This document shows, in pieces, positions 54,426 to 60,954 of a DNA stretch of 60,954 nt. Position 1 is the stretch's first letter. Each line of letters opens with the position of its first letter. The translations under genes and the position numbers were made by a program. Source of the DNA: a virus (lineage: Duplodnaviria; Caudoviricetes); IMG/VR virus record IMGVR_UViG_3300017776_000012, positions 1-60,954 of that record, one strand, 5' to 3'. Under the pieces are notes generated by a model. The model searched no databases. It saw only the letters and a list, made by a program, of their open reading frames with translations, and was not told where the DNA came from.

Positions 54426-54749
54426 TTAACCGTTGTAAGTACCAAACTCATTCTCGTACTCTCCGATGAGCACAAGTCTTCTTGAGCAGTCTTCTTCTCT
54501 CTCAATCATCTTGCGAAGATCCCGCTCAGCTTCCTTAAATTCAGCCTTCATAAAGCATTTGAAACAGAGGCCATCAGCATCACAGTGTGTACCCTCTGGA
54601 GCTACGTCCTCAGACGAACCACACCAAGCACACAGCCCGTTCTCGTGACGGTACTCCAAGAGCTGATCCTCAGTCATGTAGCCAGTATTGACCACATCCT
54701 TAGGAACAGGACGGAAGAAGGCAAGAAACAGTTCAAATAGTTTACGCAT
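54426..54749 (-). CDS. First early gene, CxxC...CxxC zinc-binding protein
   Basis: CAWC...CFKC; AAGGAG RBS. Confidence 0.7.
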   Translation of the reverse strand: MRKLFELFLAFFRPVPKDVVNTGYMTEDQLLEYRHENGLCAWCGSSEDVAPEGTHCDADGLCFKCFMKAEFKEAERDLRKMIEREEDCSRRLVLIGEYENEFGTYNG

Positions 54750-54819
54750 GGTAGTATCTCCTTGACATGCATTAACAGACAGGATGTGTTACACTCTGCA
54801 ACACAATCATAAAAGGGCC

Positions 54820-54833
54820 CGCCCGCAAGGGCG
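54820..54833 (-). promoter_or_regulatory. Candidate hairpin promoter (CGCCC-GCAA-GGGCG), copy 1
   Basis: 71 nt upstream of the first early ATG; preceded by AAAA on the template strand. Confidence 0.5.
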
Positions 54834-54941
54834 GCCTGTGACGCACAAATTTCGGGGGGTGATGGGGGTCCAAATAATTACCATACTGCAGGGGGACCCC
54901 TCTTGAATACGCGACCCCATTTTAGGATGGGGCCCTAGGAC

Positions 54942-55205
54942 CTACTTCTTCTTAGGTCTGCCCCCAGATCCCTGTCTCGCCCTGTTCTTTGCCGGGCTCT
55001 CAAGCCTCATAGAGCCGTTCTTGGTGTGACTTAGGTCTTTGCCACCCTTGCCCATGATGCCTCTCCTGCGCCGCTCACGGGCCAGTGTGGCCCTATACTT
55101 CTTTCTAGCAGGAGATTTATGATATTCTGTATCATATTGAGCCTTTTTGGCCCTAGATTTTGGGTTCTTGGCGTAAAACGCTGCACTCTTGCTCTTCTTA
55201 GCCAT
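54942..55205 (-). CDS. Small basic HNH-like protein
   Basis: GKDLSH...ESPAKNRARQG pattern; last late gene. Confidence 0.55.
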   Translation of the reverse strand: MAKKSKSAAFYAKNPKSRAKKAQYDTEYHKSPARKKYRATLARERRRRGIMGKGGKDLSHTKNGSMRLESPAKNRARQGSGGRPKKK

Positions 55206-56070
55206 AATATTCTGTCAAATTATTTAAATATGCTGTTAATTCATCGCCAGACATGGCATCGATCTGCTCTTGGTCCATTAAATCAAAGCCCATACCTGTA
55301 TTGCCACCTAACTCGGCAAGATCGCTCTCTTCCATGAAGTCTCCAGCGTAATCTTCACCGTATTTCATACCAGATACTTTCTTAAAGGACTCTTCATACT
55401 GATCATAGGCAGCCTGAGCCTCGGCACTCGACTCGCCGTACTGGTCCCTCATGGCCTGTACCTGACTCGCCGCTGCGGTCAACTCGGGAGCAAACTCAGC
55501 TTGAGCTGCGTCGTAATCCTCAGAGAACTGCAACTCAGTAAACTGACGATCTTGATCCTTTAGCTTTTCAACCATTTGATTGTATTGGTCCTCACTACCG
55601 AATTGTTTCATGTTATCTAACATGCCTCGGAAATCTTCGTCGGAGTACCTATACTCGCCTGTATTCTCGCCCCTGTCTAGACGTAAATCAGCATTCTCAA
55701 TCATTCGATCAAATTGAGTCATTGCTCTATTAGCGTTATAGTCCTCTCCAAAGCCTTTCTTATAGCCTTTGGTTGAATGACCAGTGACATTACCAAATTG
55801 ATCCTTGGTTTCAACAAACATAGCCTTATTCTTAGCATCGAGTACATCAGTTCTTTGGCCTTCTAAACCTTGATACTGAGCTAATGCCTCATCATATGAA
55901 GTCTGTGCTCCACCCATACCCTCTTGTAACCCTTGCAATTGAGTCAAAGATTCAATATAATTAAGATAATCTTGCTTAGCGGTATCACTAAGACCGCTAT
56001 AGGTATCTTTAAAGCTTGTAGTCTTCTTGCCTTCTTTTCTAGCCTTTGTTCTGCTTCCACTGCTTGACAT
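55198..56070 (-). CDS. Hypothetical helical protein (late region)
   Basis: 290 aa, AAGGA RBS. Confidence 0.7.
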   Translation of the reverse strand: MSSSGSRTKARKEGKKTTSFKDTYSGLSDTAKQDYLNYIESLTQLQGLQEGMGGAQTSYDEALAQYQGLEGQRTDVLDAKNKAMFVETKDQFGNVTGHSTKGYKKGFGEDYNANRAMTQFDRMIENADLRLDRGENTGEYRYSDEDFRGMLDNMKQFGSEDQYNQMVEKLKDQDRQFTELQFSEDYDAAQAEFAPELTAAASQVQAMRDQYGESSAEAQAAYDQYEESFKKVSGMKYGEDYAGDFMEESDLAELGGNTGMGFDLMDQEQIDAMSGDELTAYLNNLTEYYG

Positions 56071-56086
56071 GTCAATATTCCTTTTC

Positions 56087-57223
56087 TTATGCGTCTGGGT
56101 CTACGTACCCATCTCTAGGGATAATATCATTTAGGATCCATCCCCCTCTATTTGCGATTGTGCCAGCTACTTCGCCGACAGCCCTTTCGAGGGAGGTATG
56201 AATCCCGCCCACATGTGTCTTGTTATATGTCACTACCCAAGTATCAGTGAAGATACTTTTGATCTCACATAACTGGAGATCTCCGTGAAATTTCTTAGAT
56301 ACCCGAAGGCCAAGCTTTACATCAGCTACCTCAGCTGGTTCTAAGAAGTCTAAGTACTTTGTAAAGGTATCTACTGAGGCATCAAAGGATCCTTCAATAG
56401 TGCCAATTTTCCGGGTGGCGCCTGTGTCTACAAAGATGTCTAATACTGTGCTTCCTGCGCCACCTAAGCCCAATACGGTTACGGTGGGGGCGGCGGCTTT
56501 GTAAGTATGGTCTGCTGGCAGATTGCGGGCTAAGCCGTACTTATGGGCTAGATAACCCTCGATCTTTAAACGGTCTGCATCTGTAAGTGTGGCGCCGCCA
56601 ACCAAGATTTCAGCAATATCGCCAGTCATGGCTCCAGCACCAACAGCACGCGCACCTATGTCAAAGTTGGATGAGTTTGAAATGCTCGTCGTATTGGTTG
56701 TGCCTGTAGTACTACTTGCAGTTCCATTGACGAACCCGTTGCACGTTGCTGAGACTCGTGAGGCTGTAGCCAGCACAAACTCGATGCGGCTCCAACTGCC
56801 TGAGTTCTGCAAGGGCGTGTTTGTGGTTGCACCAAGTGTCATTTCTAACTTGCCATTTGACAGACACCGAAGCCCGAAAGCGGTAGCACCCTTTTCAAAG
56901 AAGTTCTGTGCCCCGGAATCGTCAGTTGACTTGAACACGCAAGCAAGCCAGATATCGCCTGTTCCCACATCAAGATCTGCGATGTCGCCATCGCTTACAA
57001 TGTCGTTGCTGCCGTCAAACCGAACTACCGGAAGACTGTTTAACTCACTAGTCTGAAGGGTTGGCTGTCTGGACGAAGTGGCCTGAGCAGCGTTATGTCC
57101 ATTACCACTAGAATCAGCCCATGCAGATATACTGTCACCGTCAGAGCCTGATATCGAATCGGCCTTGAACCACGCTGTTAATGTACTTCCTAAATTTGAA
57201 GGAGTCCATGCTTGACTTCCCAT
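56087..57223 (-). CDS. LamG/ConA-like lectin virion protein (lectin domain + domain X)
   Basis: WTPS..LTAWFKAD, WADSSGNG, RFDG, GDIAEI, IEGYLAHKYGL; C-terminal domain shared with the neighbour. Confidence 0.75.
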   Translation of the reverse strand: MGSQAWTPSNLGSTLTAWFKADSISGSDGDSISAWADSSGNGHNAAQATSSRQPTLQTSELNSLPVVRFDGSNDIVSDGDIADLDVGTGDIWLACVFKSTDDSGAQNFFEKGATAFGLRCLSNGKLEMTLGATTNTPLQNSGSWSRIEFVLATASRVSATCNGFVNGTASSTTGTTNTTSISNSSNFDIGARAVGAGAMTGDIAEILVGGATLTDADRLKIEGYLAHKYGLARNLPADHTYKAAAPTVTVLGLGGAGSTVLDIFVDTGATRKIGTIEGSFDASVDTFTKYLDFLEPAEVADVKLGLRVSKKFHGDLQLCEIKSIFTDTWVVTYNKTHVGGIHTSLERAVGEVAGTIANRGGWILNDIIPRDGYVDPDA

Positions 57224-57233
57224 TTAATTATCC

Positions 57234-58379
57234 TTATTTATTGGGTCTAAATTCTTTATAAAGGTGTCTGGCAGATAATAAGCTGGTTAATCCAAACTTA
57301 TGACAGTGCCATCCTTCTAGTTTTTTACGTTCTAACTCTGTAGGGATGTAAGATAATAAAATAAAATCTGCCATCAGACCTGCAAAACTTTGAACACTGT
57401 TGTCTGCAATACTAGCTGTATCCCCAAGAGTAAGCTCATCGGTAGCTCCTAGTGTTTCAGCGTCCTCATCATTCGTGGTATCTGCTAAAACTGTATTTAA
57501 AAAGCCTTTAAGTTGACCCCCACCGCTATCTGGATCTCCTTCATACTCATAGGAATGAGCTACGAGGGTCCACGAATTACCGCTTACAGAGCCTAAGCTT
57601 ACGTTTCCGCTTTTTAAATTAGAATACACATTCCTGCTCCCACTGCTTAGTCCTGAAAAGTAAATTCTATTTGTAGTTCCGCCTAAGGCATAGACAGTAT
57701 CGTTACCTGTCTGACCTTCAGGTTTAGCTAAAACTTGAATAAACCGATCTGTGATGGTACTAAAATTAGGAGTGCTTAGCTCAGAAGAGTAGAAATCCTG
57801 TCCCTCATCCTCAAAGTTTAAGATTCTATTATTTTTTGTAGATGCTGAAGGCCCAAAAATACTAGAAGTCTTCTCATCTAAGGTAGGACCACCATTACCA
57901 TCATTGGTAAAGGCAGTATCTTTAAAGGTTCCTGTAGGGTACAGCACGCCTGCGTCTCCATTGAGAGAGCCTGCAGCATCATTAAAGTTCAACCACAGCG
58001 TGACCCCATTCGGCAAATCTGAAGGTGTCCACTCTTCAGGAGCATCAAAGCCATTCTTGGCAATAACGGCGGATAAAAGCCATCCTCCCCTTCGAGCAAA
58101 AGTACCGTTAGCCTTACCTAAAGCCTTGTAGATCGAATCAAACTTTCCGCCATAAATAACCTCATTAAATTTTAATACGTACTGAGTACTGGTTACTTCA
58201 GTAATAGTAAAACGATTTAACGGGCCATGAATAGGCACAGATAATCTAGAAGTACTTAAAATCTCATCTACATTTTCACTAGTTAAGCTATTCAGCCAAT
58301 CATTGTAGTTATCGTAATCAGTGGTTACTTCAATTTCGCCCAGGACTCTAGATCCAACTTTAACTTCTAATGTGCTCAT
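57234..58379 (-). CDS. LamG/ConA-like lectin virion protein (domain X + lectin domain)
   Basis: WTPSDL..LWL, FAGLMADFI, LEGWHCHKFGL; N-terminal domain shared with the neighbour. Confidence 0.7.
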   Translation of the reverse strand: MSTLEVKVGSRVLGEIEVTTDYDNYNDWLNSLTSENVDEILSTSRLSVPIHGPLNRFTITEVTSTQYVLKFNEVIYGGKFDSIYKALGKANGTFARRGGWLLSAVIAKNGFDAPEEWTPSDLPNGVTLWLNFNDAAGSLNGDAGVLYPTGTFKDTAFTNDGNGGPTLDEKTSSIFGPSASTKNNRILNFEDEGQDFYSSELSTPNFSTITDRFIQVLAKPEGQTGNDTVYALGGTTNRIYFSGLSSGSRNVYSNLKSGNVSLGSVSGNSWTLVAHSYEYEGDPDSGGGQLKGFLNTVLADTTNDEDAETLGATDELTLGDTASIADNSVQSFAGLMADFILLSYIPTELERKKLEGWHCHKFGLTSLLSARHLYKEFRPNK

Positions 58380-58735
58380 TCTTCAAAGAGAGCGTCAGCC
58401 CTCGTATCCTTTCTAACAGGACCTGACTGGAGCCCTCTCATAGGATCTCTAGGAGGAGCCGGAGCCGGTCTTTGGGGAGCAGGCGGTTGAGGAGATGGCG
58501 GCACAGGCTGTACTTGGGGTTCCTGTTCTATGGTTGGAACTTCTTCGACAGGGGGCTGCATAATAGAAGGCTCTGCCATAGGTGCAGGAGGACCTGCAAA
58601 TCCTTCAGGAAGGTTTAAAGGCTCCATTGGCGTATCGTTATCAAAGAAAGTAGGATCCATTTTTAAGATCTCTTCTTCCATTACATCAAAAACAAGGCGA
58701 AGATCAATATCATCTCTTAATCCTAAAGTATCCAT
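58376..58735 (-). CDS. Proline-rich hypothetical protein
   Basis: 119 aa, AGGAG RBS. Confidence 0.65.
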   Translation of the reverse strand: MDTLGLRDDIDLRLVFDVMEEEILKMDPTFFDNDTPMEPLNLPEGFAGPPAPMAEPSIMQPPVEEVPTIEQEPQVQPVPPSPQPPAPQRPAPAPPRDPMRGLQSGPVRKDTRADALFEE

Positions 58736-58737
58736 AA

Positions 58738-60831
58738 TTAGTTACTCCTAAATTTATCTACGTTTTGTTGCATACGATCAATTATCTGTTGCCGCATTTC
58801 ATTGGCTTTTGCTCGATTGTGCTTTCTAACTTGCTCTCGATCTAAGAACATCATATTTCTTTGATTATCATATTTCATCTGTTCTCGCAACGTACGCGGT
58901 TTAGTACGATCTCGGTAGATTCTTGAAAACATTGAAGAAAGAATTGGAAGAGTTTCATAGAAAGAGTCAGTAGTCGATCGGCTATACGGTGAGTCACCGC
59001 CTATAGCGGTTTCACCTAAGAAATCAACACCAGTTCCAATGAGGTTAAAGGTTTTATCAAAGACTCCTTCAGCTGGGCTTCCAAAAGGATCAAAAGGAAT
59101 TAAGTCATTTGTGTAATAAGGCTGCTTACGCCCCAAAACATCTTCATTAATAAAACGACTTTTTTGAGCTTGCTGTGCTAGATATCCTAAAACTGCCGTT
59201 CCATACTTACCCCCAAATATAGGCATTCGCATCGCTTTTTTAGCTGCAAAGAAACCGTAATCATTCTTAGCCTCGTGTATAACTTGCTCTGAGCTCTTAC
59301 CTCTAGCCATTTCCATAAGTGTTGTATAAACGGTATCCCAAACTAGGTGACTGAAATAGATTCCCGCTAATCTACCGATGCCTTTACTAGCCAGTCTTGA
59401 TGCCCCTATGAAAGTTTTTTGCTCATAGAAAGCTCTGACCCAAGACATGTAAATGTTTTGGAATGCATTGAATCCGGTATTGTTTAATAGCGGTCTATCA
59501 AAAATACGGGGTTCCACATTAAAAGCATCTACACGCATCACAACAAAGGTGTTCATAGCATTTCTAAATCTGTCCTGTAACGCCGCATCTTTCCGTAAGA
59601 CGCTAGCTTGAGCCTGTAAAGACCTAGAGTCGCTAGCATCCATAGTATGTCCGATTCTAGCCTTTCTGTTTAATTCAGTAGCTCTTTGGCCTTTAAGTCT
59701 AGCTTCTTTAAATGTTCTAGCATAATCAATATATCTAGTTTCTACTGCGTTAGAGTTTTTTATGGTAGCTTCTAAGATAGGTAATAATTCTCTATCCAAT
59801 AAACCGGATTTTTGTAATTCTAAGGCTGTTGAATAGTCAATACCAGCTTTAGTAGTAGCCTGTTTAAATCTCTTCTGAGCTGCTTTTCTATTAGCCCTAT
59901 CTGAAGACATAATGTTATCCATATTAGACTCAGGTAAACCAGTTGTTGACAATGAGTCCTTAATGCTTTCTAACTCTGTAATAAGCTTTTCCAAACGACC
60001 ATCGATGACATACCCAATAATCTTATCATGAGCTTGTAATCCTACTAATTCTTTATTCGCATTAATCATCATTTGAGAAGGTTTTCCGATTAAACCTACA
60101 GCAGCTTTAGCTCCTTTTGCTAAAGAACTTCTATCTCTGCCGCCTAGCTCATGCTCACGGGTGTCAACTTCTAAGTTAATATTAGTCCTACTTATAGCTT
60201 CTGCTCTTAAAGTTTGTAGAACAATTGAAGTTTGTTTTAAGGCTCTTGACCTGTCAATAGGTCGCAATCCTTGAGTAAGACCTTTAGCTATCAGGCTAAA
60301 TGCTGCTACAGGATGTGTGACCATCTTGCGCATTAGGGGAAGAGTACTTTGGCCTGTTTCTTCTAACAAAGCTCCGGGTAAGTTAGCACCATAATAAATA
60401 AATGTCAGAGGATTTAATACAGACAAAGCGGTATCATATGCTGCATCAGATTTATCAAAAGATGAGCGATAGCCTAAAATATTTTCTCTAGCTCTATTAA
60501 AGTATTCTAAACTTTTTCTCAAAGATTCTTTTGTTTCAGGCTCCATAGGAACTTGATCAGTAAAATCACTTAATGCTTTAGTAAGTGTTCTTGTGTTTAA
60601 ATTCTTCACACCTACTTTATTACCTTTATCTCCTATTTCAATACTCTTACCTATTGCAGCAGTAAAGTTTAAGGAATCTGCAGCATCTGCCCCAATACCT
60701 CTTGCCATACCTGAGGATAAAATAACAGGATTATAATCAAGCATTGCTGATAAAGTTTCATCTTCAAAGATATCATTAATTTCAAAATAATCTAAATCTC
60801 CCGGATCAAAACGAACTGAGTTTTTAGCTAC
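58738..60831 (-). CDS. 3' part of the giant gp16-slot protein (continues from position 1)
   Basis: Frame is open from 60831 into the track ORF at 60744 and in phase with 12858->1; C-terminal FQNIYMSW...hydrophobic helix arrangement loosely resembles gp16 C-termini. Confidence 0.85.
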   Translation of the reverse strand, partial: VAKNSVRFDPGDLDYFEINDIFEDETLSAMLDYNPVILSSGMARGIGADAADSLNFTAAIGKSIEIGDKGNKVGVKNLNTRTLTKALSDFTDQVPMEPETKESLRKSLEYFNRARENILGYRSSFDKSDAAYDTALSVLNPLTFIYYGANLPGALLEETGQSTLPLMRKMVTHPVAAFSLIAKGLTQGLRPIDRSRALKQTSIVLQTLRAEAISRTNINLEVDTREHELGGRDRSSLAKGAKAAVGLIGKPSQMMINANKELVGLQAHDKIIGYVIDGRLEKLITELESIKDSLSTTGLPESNMDNIMSSDRANRKAAQKRFKQATTKAGIDYSTALELQKSGLLDRELLPILEATIKNSNAVETRYIDYARTFKEARLKGQRATELNRKARIGHTMDASDSRSLQAQASVLRKDAALQDRFRNAMNTFVVMRVDAFNVEPRIFDRPLLNNTGFNAFQNIYMSWVRAFYEQKTFIGASRLASKGIGRLAGIYFSHLVWDTVYTTLMEMARGKSSEQVIHEAKNDYGFFAAKKAMRMPIFGGKYGTAVLGYLAQQAQKSRFINEDVLGRKQPYYTNDLIPFDPFGSPAEGVFDKTFNLIGTGVDFLGETAIGGDSPYSRSTTDSFYETLPILSSMFSRIYRDRTKPRTLREQMKYDNQRNMMFLDREQVRKHNRAKANEMRQQIIDRMQQNVDKFRSN

Positions 60832-60954
60832 AGTTTTTTTAGTATAAAGGTACTGACGAATATCTGCAGTGCCTTCAAACTGATGTCCTCCAGAAGCATT
60901 GCTTCTAACAACAGCTGGAGCCTCGGCAGATCGGTCTATTTTACTTTTTAATAC
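60832..60954. repeat. Terminal direct repeat, right copy
   Basis: Identical to 1-123. Confidence 0.95.

Noticed and set aside
54854-54932. G-quadruplex
   Set aside because: Loops are long and the G runs have complementary C runs that favour Watson-Crick hairpins.
68-58751. Plus-strand ORFs in the track (e.g. 27938-28417, 31395-31931, 56589-57056)
   Set aside because: All lie antisense to well-supported minus genes and show no recognisable motifs; the longer ones fall in GC-rich, stop-poor patches.
58738-60744. 668 aa ORF as an independent gene
   Set aside because: The frame stays open upstream of 60744 and joins the giant ORF across the junction; no clear RBS at that ATG.
60832-60954. 123-bp repeat as the biological terminal repeat
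   Set aside because: It lies mid-gene, which is typical of an assembler overlap on a circular contig.
1-60954. CRISPR array, integrase, IS element, rRNA, intron or intein
   Set aside because: No regular repeat-spacer array or recombinase/transposase motifs seen; PolA, helicase and TerL are of uninterrupted normal length.

Overview
This looks like a complete, circularly permuted ~60.8 kb podophage genome (bases 1-123 repeat exactly at 60832-60954), with essentially every gene on the minus strand. It has a T7-like (Autographiviridae-type) replication module (SSB, primase-helicase, PolA, exonuclease) and virion module (portal, scaffold, capsid, tail tubes A/B, terminase, gp14/gp15/gp16-like ejection proteins), plus two tRNAs. 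The standout is its transcription system, which appears to contain three T7-superfamily single-subunit RNA polymerases. (1) A full-length T7-like RNAP (827 aa). (2) A short RNAP lacking most of the N-terminal domain, resembling a fused N4 RNAPII (641 aa). (3) An RNAP domain inside a ~4,983 aa protein in the gp16 ejection-protein slot; the ORF track misses this gene because it crosses the contig junction (12858->1, then 60831->58738). That protein also carries a zincin HExxH domain, as N4 virion RNAP does. Two identical template-strand hairpins precede the earliest genes and a 12-bp motif precedes later operons, suggesting a three-tier, possibly host-RNAP-independent cascade. A GC-rich gene ending in a Phycisphaerales-type dockerin points to a Planctomycetota host. 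All assignments come from manual translation and motif recognition; no searches were run.
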